From NCBI GenBank assembly GCA_028712365.1, contig JAQTQE010000002.1, positions 22,366 through 86,365 on the forward strand: 64,000 nt of DNA. The letters run 5' to 3'. Positions 36,944-46,405 of this stretch are shown here, one piece after another. Under the pieces are notes generated by a model that saw nothing but the letters and a program-made list of their open reading frames with translations, did no database searches and was not told the DNA's origin. The DNA comes from a bacterium. Lineage in GTDB: Bacteria > CAYTYR01 > UBA6262. The stretch's first letter is position 1; every line of letters starts with the position of its first letter. A program made the translations under genes and the position numbers.

Positions 36944-38416
36944 TTATTTTGCTGCAGAGGTCAACATTTTTTTACAGTATTCATATGCTTGTGTCTTAGT
37001 AGTGACCAGTTTTTGCGCTTGTGCTTCCTTCAGGTTATTGATCATCTGGCCAATAAGCGGTCCTTCGGACAGTTTAAATCTTGCCATGATCTCATGACCA
37101 TTGAGCAAGTTTCGCGGCACGATCTGTTTGTGTTCGGTATAATATCTTTTTATGATCGCGCGCACTACCCGTAGATGCTGCGCGGCATTTACCGGATAGA
37201 TATCCTGCTTTTTCCTGGTGATCACGGTTTCTTCCGTAGTGTAAGCATCGGCAATGGATAAGACCAAAGTATCCAGCCCTTCTTCTTTCAGGTCCCGGAA
37301 ATAACGGTAGACCGCTTTATCACTGATCTGGTCCAGCGCCGATAAATTTCCCGGCCGCATATGATTCATAATAATATTTTTGATCGTATTCGTTTCCTTG
37401 TTAGAGAAATGCAGGCGCGCCAGTATTTTGTCCGCGTATTGCGCTCCGGCCAATTCATGGCCGAAGAAACGGCTGCGACGGCCCTCTTTTGTTTCCGTAT
37501 CCGGTTTGCCGAAATCATGCAGCAGGTAGGCTATCTTCAGGGTTACCCAGCGGGGAACACCGGTAATGACTGTCGTCTGCAGATGCCGGGTTATTCTAGG
37601 GCCATAGCCAGGCAAGTATTTATTTGTTTTAAGGATAATATTTTCCAGGTGCGACAATCCCGAAAGCGTATGGCTCCAGACGCCTGCCGGGCCATAAAAA
37701 TTCCTGGCCGCGGCTTTTAATTTGTTTATCTCCGGCAATAATACTTCCAGCAGGCCCTGTTTATCCATAGCTTTGATAAAGGTAACGCTAGCGGGGCAGG
37801 ATAATATTTTAAGAAGCTCTTCCCGCACTCTTTCCATAGAAACTTTTTTGATCAAGCGGTTCTGGCGTGATATCAATGATAAGGATTTTGCTTCCATTTT
37901 AAATCCCAGGACCGCGGCCAGGCGGAAAGCCCGCAACATGCGCAGCGGATCATCCTTATATATATCTTTCCCCACCATCCGGATGGTTTTGTTCTTAAGG
38001 TCTTTTTGCCCTCCAAAAGGGTCTATCAGGTTTTTTCTATCAACTATCAACAATGAACTATCAACTAATCCCATCGCCATCGCGTCTATCGTAAAATCCC
38101 GTAATGACAGGTCTGCTTCAATAGAGCCGCCGCGCAATTCAGCGAAATCGTAATTAAAGATCATTGGTGGTTGATCGTTCGTGGTTCGTAGTTTCAGGAC
38201 TACGCGGTAGATTTTGTTTTCTTCATCCAAAGAGAAATAGCTTCCTTTGGTGGCTTTGGCAAATTTCTTTGCCAGGCCCCGGGCGTCTTTGCAGGCCAGG
38301 TCAATATCTTTAGTGTCCCGCCGCAGCAGGATATCGCGCACAATACCGCCGACCAGGTAGATTTTATGGGTATGTTTGATCGTTTGTAATTTATTCTGGA
38401 TTCCAGCAACAGACAA
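36944..38416 (-). CDS. tRNA nucleotidyltransferase with HD domain, CC-adding type
   Basis: YLVGGIVRD, KDIDL, DLSLRDFTIDAMA, DDPLRMLRAFR, H...LLHDFGKP; flexible loop between motifs A and B missing. Start placed at TTG 38416 (SD AAGGAG 9 nt upstream); the track gives GTG 38458. Confidence 0.85.
   Translation of the reverse strand: MSVAGIQNKLQTIKHTHKIYLVGGIVRDILLRRDTKDIDLACKDARGLAKKFAKATKGSYFSLDEENKIYRVVLKLRTTNDQPPMIFNYDFAELRGGSIEADLSLRDFTIDAMAMGLVDSSLLIVDRKNLIDPFGGQKDLKNKTIRMVGKDIYKDDPLRMLRAFRLAAVLGFKMEAKSLSLISRQNRLIKKVSMERVREELLKILSCPASVTFIKAMDKQGLLEVLLPEINKLKAAARNFYGPAGVWSHTLSGLSHLENIILKTNKYLPGYGPRITRHLQTTVITGVPRWVTLKIAYLLHDFGKPDTETKEGRRSRFFGHELAGAQYADKILARLHFSNKETNTIKNIIMNHMRPGNLSALDQISDKAVYRYFRDLKEEGLDTLVLSIADAYTTEETVITRKKQDIYPVNAAQHLRVVRAIIKRYYTEHKQIVPRNLLNGHEIMARFKLSEGPLIGQMINNLKEAQAQKLVTTKTQAYEYCKKMLTSAAK
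38037..38193. repeat. Pair of oppositely oriented heptamer arrays inside the nucleotidyltransferase CDS
   Basis: CTATCAA CTATCAA CAATGAA CTATCAA CTAATCC (38037-71) and GATCATT GGTGGTT GATCGTT CGTGGTT CGTAGTT (38159-93). Confidence 0.65.
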
Positions 38417-39356
38417 AATGTTTTTCTCCTTTTGGTTCAAGTATTGGTACCATTTCACGGCAGCGGTCTTCAGCTTTGGCGCAACGCGCGTAAAAAGCGC
38501 ATCCTTTTACCGGGACAGGGAGTTCATCTTTTTCCAGCCCAGCCAGGACCGCGTTTTTCCTGGTTCTAATAGAAGGGATGCTTTGGATCAGCATTTTAGT
38601 ATAGGGATGAAATGGCCTGGCAAATAATTCCTCACTGTCTGCCAGTTCCATGATTTTGCCCCGGTACATTACCGCGATCCTGTGAGCGATGTGTTTGACT
38701 ACTCCCAGGTCGTGGGAAATAAAAAGGTAGCTTAAGTCATATTTTTGCTGCAAGTCCTTGAACAAGTTGATTATCTGCGCCTGGATAGAGATGTCCAGCG
38801 AAGAAACCGGTTCATCCGCGATGATCAACCGGGGATTAAGCGATAGTATCCTGGCCAGTCCGATGCGTTGTCGTTGGCCGCCGCTGAGCTGGTGCGGATA
38901 GCCATTGACGATATCATTAGGCAGACCGACCAGGCCTAGCAGTTCTTCCACTTTAGTCCTGGTATCCTTTTTATTATGCAGGCGATGGATCCTGATCGGC
39001 TCAGTGATGATATCATAAATACTCTGGCGCGGATCCAGGGAGGAGAACGGGTCCTGGAATAGAACTTGTACTTTTTTACGGAAAGCGGTTAAATGTTTTC
39101 CTCTGAGCGAGTAAATATCCTCATCGTCAAAAAGAACCTGCCCGCCAGTCGGCGGCAGTAGATTAGCGATCAGCCGGCCGCAGGTGGTTTTGCCGCAACC
39201 AGACTCCCCGACCAGCCCCAAGGTTTCTTTGACCGCGATAGAAAAATCAACACCGTCAATGGCTTTGACCGTTCCGACGGACTGTTTGAAGACGCCCTTT
39301 TCCACCGGGTAATATTTCGTGAGGTTTTTTACTTCCAGTAAATCAGCCATGATCAT
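38391..39356 (-). CDS. oppF: Oligopeptide ABC ATPase OppF/DppF
   Basis: [43 protein letters not shown]-terminal Cys cluster. Confidence 0.9.
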   Translation of the reverse strand: MIMADLLEVKNLTKYYPVEKGVFKQSVGTVKAIDGVDFSIAVKETLGLVGESGCGKTTCGRLIANLLPPTGGQVLFDDEDIYSLRGKHLTAFRKKVQVLFQDPFSSLDPRQSIYDIITEPIRIHRLHNKKDTRTKVEELLGLVGLPNDIVNGYPHQLSGGQRQRIGLARILSLNPRLIIADEPVSSLDISIQAQIINLFKDLQQKYDLSYLFISHDLGVVKHIAHRIAVMYRGKIMELADSEELFARPFHPYTKMLIQSIPSIRTRKNAVLAGLEKDELPVPVKGCAFYARCAKAEDRCREMVPILEPKGEKHFVCCWNPE

Positions 39357-40048
39357 ATTTTCTGATCCTTATCTACCAGCCAAAGGGTATTCTTCTTGAG
39401 ACAGAATTGGATATTATAGTACCTGAATATCTCTGATCCCAGAATGCCGGTACAGCCAGTCAAAGACAAGTTTTTCATCAACACATCCGGCAGCAAACCA
39501 AAATGAATATCCAGCGGCTTGCCCCTGAGTTCTACCGGGAGATTGTAAATCTCAGTGATAAATACATTAAAACCCGGGTAAAATACTTCCATGGTCCCGA
39601 CATTTTTCATGCCACCCAGCAAACTAGCATCCAGGTAAGATAATTTAGAGCCCGTATCCAGTACCATTTTTACGTCTACTCCGCCCATTCTCATAGTGAC
39701 AATAGGCAAGTTAAAATCCATATTGATAGGCAGCTCACGCATATTTTCTTTAAAGTTGATAAAGAAATCACTGAAAATGATTGCTTCGATACTGTGGGAA
39801 ATATAAAAAACAAATTTACTCAGGATATCCATGCCCAGGAGCGCGTTAATATCTGTTTTTAGAGCCGCGCCTATTTGCCTTATATCCATTCCTAAAAGCT
39901 GTTTTTCCAATTGATAGCGTTGACCAAGAATCATAATATCCGGCGTGTCCCCGACGCTGATCGGCGCGCCGGTACTGATCAATACTCTTTTACCGTTCAT
40001 GATGGCGATAATATGATTTTCAGCTAAACCGATAGAGTGCTTTTCCAT
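39353..40048 (-). CDS. Two-lobed aspartyl protease-like protein
   Basis: LISTGAP...ALLGMDIL and VLDTGS...GILGSEIF. Confidence 0.6.
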   Translation of the reverse strand: MEKHSIGLAENHIIAIMNGKRVLISTGAPISVGDTPDIMILGQRYQLEKQLLGMDIRQIGAALKTDINALLGMDILSKFVFYISHSIEAIIFSDFFINFKENMRELPINMDFNLPIVTMRMGGVDVKMVLDTGSKLSYLDASLLGGMKNVGTMEVFYPGFNVFITEIYNLPVELRGKPLDIHFGLLPDVLMKNLSLTGCTGILGSEIFRYYNIQFCLKKNTLWLVDKDQKI

Positions 40049-40049
40049 G

Positions 40050-41033
40050 TTATCCTTGAGTTACGTTTATTTGTTTAAAACATCGAACAAAATGCTGTTC
40101 TTCAATTTCAACCATCAGCGGGCCGGCGTCTTTGCAAGCAGTAAGCGCTTCAGGGCAACGCGGATCGAACGGACAACCATCCGGCAGGTTGCCTGGATCA
40201 GGAATTTGTCCGGTGATCTGCACCAGGCGCTCTTTCCGGGTGGCAATATCTGGCACTGAATTCAACAATCCGATAGTATATGGATGCAGCGGATTATTAA
40301 ATATTTTTTCCCGGGAAGCTAGTTCTACGATCTGCCCCGCGTACATGATGGCGACCGTATCAGCAATCTGGCTGACAATAGCCAGGTTATGGGTGATCAT
40401 TAAGATCGACATTGTCAGTTCACTTTTAAACTTGACCAGCAAATCCAGGATTTGCGATTGGATGGTAACATCCAAGGCAGTTGTTGGTTCATCAGCTATT
40501 AGTAATTGCGGGTGACAGGCCAGGGCCATAGCCAGCATAGCCCGCTGCTGCATACCACCGGATAACTGGTGCGGATAAGATCCATACCGTTCTTTGGGTT
40601 GCGGTATATTGACTAACCGCAATGCATCAATTGACCTCTGCCGGCATTCTTCCTGGCCGAGATCAGGATTATGCAGTTTGATCGCTTCTTTGATCTGGTC
40701 CCCTACTTTAAATACCGGGTTCAAGCTGGAAAACGCTTCCTGGAATACCATCCCGATCTTATTACCGCGATAATCACGGCATTCATCTTCTGAAAACTTG
40801 ACTATGTCCCGCCCGGCGAAAAGGATCTGGCCTGAGATGATCTTGCCCTGTTTCGGCGGTATCAGGCGCATGATCGACAAGGCGATGGAAGATTTACCGC
40901 AGCCTGATTCCCCTACCAGGCCGATGATCTCTCCCGGTTTAACCGCCAGGTCCACTCCCCTGACTGCTGGAATGGCCTGCCCGCCTTTGTAATACTCTAC
41001 GTTTAAATCTTTAATTTCCAATAAATTTTGCAT
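40050..41033 (-). CDS. oppD: Oligopeptide ABC ATPase OppD/DppD
   Basis: [37 protein letters not shown]. Confidence 0.92.
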   Translation of the reverse strand: MQNLLEIKDLNVEYYKGGQAIPAVRGVDLAVKPGEIIGLVGESGCGKSSIALSIMRLIPPKQGKIISGQILFAGRDIVKFSEDECRDYRGNKIGMVFQEAFSSLNPVFKVGDQIKEAIKLHNPDLGQEECRQRSIDALRLVNIPQPKERYGSYPHQLSGGMQQRAMLAMALACHPQLLIADEPTTALDVTIQSQILDLLVKFKSELTMSILMITHNLAIVSQIADTVAIMYAGQIVELASREKIFNNPLHPYTIGLLNSVPDIATRKERLVQITGQIPDPGNLPDGCPFDPRCPEALTACKDAGPLMVEIEEQHFVRCFKQINVTQG

Positions 41034-41046
41034 TATTTTGCCTTTT

Positions 41047-41070
41047 CAATCAACTATCGACAAGCTACAG
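41047..41070. repeat. Short heptamer arm at the oppC stop
   Basis: CAATCAA CTATCGA CAAGCTA CAG, same type as 38037-38071. Confidence 0.45.
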
Positions 41071-41880
41071 TTTCGGGTCAATTACTTCCCTAAGCCCCTC
41101 TCCAATCAGGTTATATGAAAGTATCGTGACCAGTATAGCCAGGCCGGGGAATAAAGTCAGCCACCAGGCAGATTCGATGTAGTCTTTGCCTGAAGTAAGG
41201 ATATTGCCCCAACTGGGCATCGGCGGCTGTACGCCCAGCCCGAGAAAACTCAATCCTGATTCCACTAATATCGCGTCAGCAATACCCAGCGTGGCGGTTA
41301 CCAGTACCGGTCCCAAGGCATTCGGCAGGATATGCTTAAAAATTATTCTCAAGTCAGAAGCCCCGATAGCTTTAGCCGCATAGACATATTCTCTCTCTTT
41401 CACCGATAAGATCTCTCCCCTGACCAGCCGGGCAATGCCTGGCCAGCTGGTAATGCCGATAATGATCATCACATTATAGATATTCGGTCCTAATACCGCG
41501 ATGATCATCAAGATGAGAAAAAACGAGGGAAAGCAGAACATGATATCGACAAAGCGCATGATCAGGGAATCGATCCAATGGCCATAAAATCCCGCTAGAG
41601 CGCCGAAAAATACGCCAATAAACAAAGAGATGCCCACGGCTATAAAACCCACGGAGAGCGATATCCTGGCCCCATAAATAATGCGTGAGAGCACATCCCG
41701 GCCAAGTTCATCCGTACCTAACCAATGCCTGATCGATGGCTTTTGCAGCCGTTCCAGGATGTTCTGGCTGGTTGGTTCATACGGTACGATCTTAGGCGCC
41801 AATAAGGCTACTGCTACCAGTATGGTTATGATGACCAGGCCTGATACAGCTAAGCGGTTATTTTTTAGTTTCTGCCACAC
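41065..41880 (-). CDS. oppC: Oligopeptide ABC permease OppC
   Basis: HWLGTDELGRDVLSR, EREYVYAAKAIGAS, ESGLSFLGLG; GTG start. Confidence 0.92.
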   Translation of the reverse strand: MWQKLKNNRLAVSGLVIITILVAVALLAPKIVPYEPTSQNILERLQKPSIRHWLGTDELGRDVLSRIIYGARISLSVGFIAVGISLFIGVFFGALAGFYGHWIDSLIMRFVDIMFCFPSFFLILMIIAVLGPNIYNVMIIIGITSWPGIARLVRGEILSVKEREYVYAAKAIGASDLRIIFKHILPNALGPVLVTATLGIADAILVESGLSFLGLGVQPPMPSWGNILTSGKDYIESAWWLTLFPGLAILVTILSYNLIGEGLREVIDPKL

Positions 41881-41892
41881 ATTAACCTCGAA

Positions 41893-42010
41893 GAAGCAGG
41901 TTGTAGGTCTTGGAAGTAAGTATGGAAGTAAGATGTAGGTTTTAAGGCTTCAAGCCCAACTTCCTGAGACTTTAGACTATACCTACTTCTAAACCCAACA
42001 CCCTACTTCT
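41893..42010. repeat. GAAGTARG-unit inverted junction element
   Basis: Left arm 41893-41932 is 33/40 identical to the reverse complement of 49686-49725; right arm contains CCTACTTC units. Confidence 0.75.
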
Positions 42011-42014
42011 ATTT

Positions 42015-42614
42015 TTAATTTAATTCTTTGATGACCATGTCTAAATGCTTTTTATTCGGTCCCAGCGATGATTTGGACGGATAACCTACTGGTATGACTG
42101 CCATGAATTCTCCCTTTGGTTCTTCCAGCAGGGTCAAGACTTCGTCTTTCACCACGAAAAGTATGCCGAGCCAGACCGCGCCTAATCCCAGCGAGGTGAC
42201 GGCCAGCAATAAATTTTCTACCGCCGCGGCTGAACTTTGGATCTCCATGGTACGGAAAAAATCATACGATCTTTCTTTTTCTATCTGGAATAGTCTTGTC
42301 CCGTGTTCGATCAATTCGCCGGTATTGGCGATAGCGATCACGACCGGGGCGCAGGCAATGGAGCGCGAAGCTAACCGTAATAATACTGAAGTCGCCCGGG
42401 GGAACATAGCCGCCTTTTGGGAGACTAATTCAACTAATTGTTCTTTCTTTTTGCCTTTGATGACAATAAACTTCCAGGATTGCTGGTTGTGGGCCGAGGG
42501 GGCTTTATTGGCGGCGTTAAGGATGGTCTTGATATCCTCTTCTTGCACCGGCTGGTCGGTAAAAGTCCGGACACTGCGACGGTAGTTGATATTTTTAATT
42601 ACTTCGTTGGGCAT
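42015..42614 (-). CDS. Nitroreductase family protein
   Basis: RRSVRTF, APSAHNQQSW, ENLLLAVTSLGLG, IPVGYP. Confidence 0.9.
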   Translation of the reverse strand: MPNEVIKNINYRRSVRTFTDQPVQEEDIKTILNAANKAPSAHNQQSWKFIVIKGKKKEQLVELVSQKAAMFPRATSVLLRLASRSIACAPVVIAIANTGELIEHGTRLFQIEKERSYDFFRTMEIQSSAAAVENLLLAVTSLGLGAVWLGILFVVKDEVLTLLEEPKGEFMAVIPVGYPSKSSLGPNKKHLDMVIKELN

Positions 42615-43132
42615 GATGTCTCCTTTTTGGCAAGTCCTAAGACCATAGTATTCAGTAAATGCCGTTTCCCTTTTTTTATTTCCTCCGCACTATAACCGAG
42701 GCTGATGACCGCCATTAATTCCAGGTTAGCCGGTATTCGCAAATAGCCGGCTACCGCTTTTTTGCGCCGCAGTATTTCCCCCAGCCAGCAAGTGCCTATG
42801 CCCAGACTATAAGCTTCCAACAGCATGTTCTGGATACAGGCTCCTATAGCCATTAAGTCTTTATCCCGGTCATAGGTGGCCTGGTGGTCGAGAAATACCA
42901 AGATAAGAGCGGGCGCTTTTTTAATAATACACGAGTATTTAGTAAATCCTGCTAATTTTTCTTTTTGTCCCTGATCATGAATAACCAGGAACCGCCACGG
43001 CTGGTTATTCAATCCGGAAGGCGCCCACTGCCCAGCTGCCAGGACCTTGGTGATCAATTCGTGGCTGACGGGTTTGTCGCTATATTTCCTGATCGAGCGT
43101 CTTTCTTTTAGGATGTTAAAAATGTCCATCAT
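42599..43132 (-). CDS. Nitroreductase family protein
   Basis: RRSIRKY, APSGLNNQPW, QNMLLEAYSLGIGTCW, ISLGY. Confidence 0.9.
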   Translation of the reverse strand: MMDIFNILKERRSIRKYSDKPVSHELITKVLAAGQWAPSGLNNQPWRFLVIHDQGQKEKLAGFTKYSCIIKKAPALILVFLDHQATYDRDKDLMAIGACIQNMLLEAYSLGIGTCWLGEILRRKKAVAGYLRIPANLELMAVISLGYSAEEIKKGKRHLLNTMVLGLAKKETSCPTK

Positions 43133-43151
43133 TGTGAAAGGGATGGCTCTC

Positions 43152-43697
43152 TTATTTATTGGCATATTTTCCTACGAGTTCGCCGTGCGCCAGGATATGA
43201 CCTTCCATCGCTTTAAGGAGTTGCGCCTTGGAGGCTCCGGGATTGAGATACAGTTCCGTATCCAGCGCGTATATTTTAAAAAAGTACCGGTGTGTGCCAT
43301 GGGGCGGCGACGGACCGTCGTAGCCAATATTGCCAAAATCATTCTTCCCCTGCAGCGTTTTGTTATTGGCCATTTCCTGCTTGGCTATTTTTTCAAGCAA
43401 GCCTTTTTCTGTTGCCGGGATATTAAAAATTACCCAATGCACCCAGCTATCTGGCGCGTCCGGATCATCACAGATGATCGCCAGGGTTTTGGCCTTTTTC
43501 GGGATATTGCCCCAGGTCAATGCCGGTGAAACATTACCACTGTGGTAGGCATATTTGTCAGGCATCATCTCTCCATCATTAAAAGACGGACTGGTAAGTG
43601 GTATCTCTATTTTCTTCTCTTTTCCTTGCGCCAAAGCGAACGACATCGCCAGAATCAGAGATGAGATTATAAGCGTGCGTAAAAGTTTAATATTCAT
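43152..43697 (-). CDS. YbhB/YbcL Raf-kinase-inhibitor-like (PEBP) protein
   Basis: Signal peptide; NVSPALTW, DDPDAP, WVHWVIFNIP, GYDGPSPP, HRYFF. Confidence 0.92.
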   Translation of the reverse strand: MNIKLLRTLIISSLILAMSFALAQGKEKKIEIPLTSPSFNDGEMMPDKYAYHSGNVSPALTWGNIPKKAKTLAIICDDPDAPDSWVHWVIFNIPATEKGLLEKIAKQEMANNKTLQGKNDFGNIGYDGPSPPHGTHRYFFKIYALDTELYLNPGASKAQLLKAMEGHILAHGELVGKYANK

Positions 43698-43708
43698 TAT
43701 CCTCTTCC

Positions 43709-44680
43709 CTATTGATAACGTATCCGTGGATCGGCATAAGCGTAAAGAACATCAGCCAGTAGATTGCCCAGCAAGGTCAGGATAGCGCTTAAAACCCCCA
43801 CCCCCATGATGACAGGGTAATCACGGCTCATTACCGCTTCCCAGCCCAGACGCCCCATGCCTGGCCAGGAAAAAATAGTTTCGAAAATAACGCCGCCGCC
43901 GATCAGGCCAGGCAGGGATAATCCCAGTAAAGTGATAATAGGCAATAAGGCATTGCGCAAGGCATGCTGATAGATCACTTTGTATTCCGGCAATCCCTTG
44001 GCCCTGGCGGTACGGATATAATCCTGGTGCAATACTTCCAGCATTTGCGACCGGCTGTAGCGGGTAATAGCGGCAAATCCGCCGAAAGCGGAAACAAATA
44101 CCGGTAAGATCAAATGCCAGGCCAGGTCCAATATTTTGCCTCCGGTAGATAAATATTCAAAGTTGGCTGAATACATACCCCCTAGCGGCAGGATGCGCCA
44201 ATAGACGCCGCACAACATCATTAGCAAAAGAGCCAGCCAGAAGGTCGGCATGGCATAAGCAATAAATGAAACCACAGTCACTGTTTTATCGAAAGCGGTA
44301 TCTTTTTTAGCCGCAGAGAGCACTCCCAAGGGGATCGCTATGATAAAAATGACTAATAAGGCTAAGGTATTCAGCAGCAACGTTGCCGGCAGGCGTTCCA
44401 TGATCTTTTTCATCACCGGCCGGTTATCACTAAAAGAAGTGCCAAAATCCAGTTTAATGAACCTGGTGAGCCAGTGCAGGTATTGTACCGGTAATGGTTT
44501 GTCCAAGCCATAAAGCGTTTCCAGCCTGGCACGGGTATCTGTGCCTAATTTGGGATTGCCATAGGTGATGGCATCAGTAGGACGACCCGGTGACAAATGG
44601 ATAATGACAAAAGTAATGATAGTAATACCCAGTAAGAGCGGTATCATGAATAACAATCGTCGGGCCAGATAATTTAGCAT
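43709..44680 (-). CDS. oppB: Oligopeptide ABC permease OppB
   Basis: YLARRLL, YGLDKPL, DYIRTARAKGL, ETIFSWPGMG, DPRI. Confidence 0.92.
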   Translation of the reverse strand: MLNYLARRLLFMIPLLLGITIITFVIIHLSPGRPTDAITYGNPKLGTDTRARLETLYGLDKPLPVQYLHWLTRFIKLDFGTSFSDNRPVMKKIMERLPATLLLNTLALLVIFIIAIPLGVLSAAKKDTAFDKTVTVVSFIAYAMPTFWLALLLMMLCGVYWRILPLGGMYSANFEYLSTGGKILDLAWHLILPVFVSAFGGFAAITRYSRSQMLEVLHQDYIRTARAKGLPEYKVIYQHALRNALLPIITLLGLSLPGLIGGGVIFETIFSWPGMGRLGWEAVMSRDYPVIMGVGVLSAILTLLGNLLADVLYAYADPRIRYQ

Positions 44681-45621
44681 GATCCTTTTTTCTTTGCCTT
44701 AAAATAGTCTGACAATATCTGCCGGTGGTCAAAAGCCATCTGTTCAGGTACTTCATTTTCCCGGAATATTTTAACATCAGCGGCATCACTATCAGCCTTG
44801 GGCGTACCAGTCGCAGTAGCGGTAAATACCGTGGAAATGGTATGAAAGCGCGGATCACGTTTGGCGTAAGAGTAAGTATGGAACTGTTTGAGATTGTCCA
44901 CTTGCAGAGAGGTTTCTTCAAGAGCTTCTCTCCTGGCAGCGTCTTCCAAAGATTCCCCATAATCCACAAATCCACCGGGGATAGCCCAACCGTACGGCGG
45001 ATTAGTTCTTTTTATCAGCACTACTGCCCCGTTCATATCGATAATCGTATCGACTGTAGCGAATGGGCTCTGTAATTGGTTCTCGAAATAGTCCAAATAG
45101 CCAATAGCGTTCCGCTCAAAAATATCGAAAGCTTTCTGGTCATAGAGGCAGTAAATTATTTCCTTTAAAGTAGACTTGCTTTCCCGCAAGTACCGAAGGG
45201 TTTCCTGGGCCATGATCTTGGCCGCGCCGACCAGCGGGAAATGACCGACGCCACATCCCAAAGCCGGAAAAGCAATTGAGCTGAGCTTGAGTTCATTGGC
45301 AACCAGTAAAGCGTTTTTGCATGATTCCCTGATCTTTACTTCATCAGTCTTAAAGTCTAGGCCCATGGTTGCCGCGTGAATGATATATTTAGCTTTTAGG
45401 GAACCGGCACTGGTCGCGACAGCCCCGCCGATCTCGATCGGTCCTTTGCTGACAGCTTCGTCTTCAATTCGCTGGCCGCCCTTTTGGTGAATTACCCCGG
45501 CTAAACCGCCGCCCATGACCAGTTTGTTATTGGCAGCATTCACGATAGCGTCAACTGCCAAGTCTGTAATGTCTCCCAGGATAACTTTAACCGTAGCCCC
45601 GTATATTTTAAGTTCCTGCAT
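44674..45621 (-). CDS. Macro domain - Nudix hydrolase fusion
   Basis: GDIT, AIVNAAN, GGG, AFPALGCGVG (Macro); GGFVDYGESLEDAARREALEETSL (Nudix box). Confidence 0.88.
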   Translation of the reverse strand: MQELKIYGATVKVILGDITDLAVDAIVNAANNKLVMGGGLAGVIHQKGGQRIEDEAVSKGPIEIGGAVATSAGSLKAKYIIHAATMGLDFKTDEVKIRESCKNALLVANELKLSSIAFPALGCGVGHFPLVGAAKIMAQETLRYLRESKSTLKEIIYCLYDQKAFDIFERNAIGYLDYFENQLQSPFATVDTIIDMNGAVVLIKRTNPPYGWAIPGGFVDYGESLEDAARREALEETSLQVDNLKQFHTYSYAKRDPRFHTISTVFTATATGTPKADSDAADVKIFRENEVPEQMAFDHRQILSDYFKAKKKGSC

Positions 45622-45622
45622 C

Positions 45623-45657
45623 CTCTACCCCTCTAAACCTTTATACCTTTACACCTG
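45623..45657. repeat. 8-nt periodic arm at the yqeY stop / next SD
   Basis: CTCTACCC CTCTAAAC CTTTATAC CTTTACAC CTG. Confidence 0.55.
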
Positions 45658-46107
45658 TTCTTTTTTCCCCAGTTCTTCATTTACGATCTGGCTGATCACT
45701 TTCCCGTCAGCCTGCCCTTTCAGTTTGCCGGTCACTGCTTTCATGACTTTGCCGAAGTCTTTCTTGTTCATAGCCCCGACTTCCGCGATGCTGTCCATGA
45801 TGATCTTCTTGACTTCTTCCAGGCTAGCCTGCTTGGGCAGGTAATTTTCAAGTATGGCCAGTTCTTTCTTTTCTTTTTCCGCAGCTTCGGTACGGCCGCC
45901 GCTTTCAAAACCGGCTATTGCTTCCTTGCGCTGTTTAGCTTGCTTTTGTAATACCATCAGGGCATCTTCGTCACTTACTTCTTTTAACTGCTTCTCTATC
46001 TGGTAATAATTCAAGGCTGATTTGAACATCCTGATGGTATCAGTCTTGAGCGTATCCTTGGCTCTCATCGCGTCTTTCAAGTCTTCATTGATCTTTTCTA
46101 ATAACAT
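45649..46107 (-). CDS. GatB/YqeY domain protein
   Basis: DLKDAMRAKD, KQRKEAI, E...ENYLP, GKVMK, GQADGK. Confidence 0.92.
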   Translation of the reverse strand: MLLEKINEDLKDAMRAKDTLKTDTIRMFKSALNYYQIEKQLKEVSDEDALMVLQKQAKQRKEAIAGFESGGRTEAAEKEKKELAILENYLPKQASLEEVKKIIMDSIAEVGAMNKKDFGKVMKAVTGKLKGQADGKVISQIVNEELGKKEQV

Positions 46108-46176
46108 GTTTGATCTCCTTTTTAATAGTGTACCAGTCAGTACGAGGAGCAGTGGCCAGTAAGTACGAAGTGCAGT

Positions 46177-46401
46177 TTACTTTATTGCTACGAGCTTGTC
46201 TTGGGATTTTTCTCCTCGAATTATATGCACCTGTTTCTTTTTTACCTGAAAGTGTTCTGCCAGCACTTCAATTAATAACTTGTTGGCTTTGCCATCCTGA
46301 GGCGGAGCCGTGAGATATACTTTTAAACGGCCGGGTTCAGTCTTGACCAGGTTTTTTTTCGCGCGGGGAATAACACGTATATTGATGGTTACAGTAGTCA
46401 T
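46177..46401 (-). CDS. DUF167/YggU family protein
   Basis: VIPRAKK, APPQDGKANK, IIRGEKSQDK. Confidence 0.9.
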   Translation of the reverse strand: MTTVTINIRVIPRAKKNLVKTEPGRLKVYLTAPPQDGKANKLLIEVLAEHFQVKKKQVHIIRGEKSQDKLVAIK

Positions 46402-46405
46402 ATTT

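Noticed and set aside
46128-46200. CCAGTCAGTACGA / CCAGTAAGTACGA short repeat between yqeY and DUF167
   Set aside because: Only two imperfect units; too weak to assign to the junction-element families.
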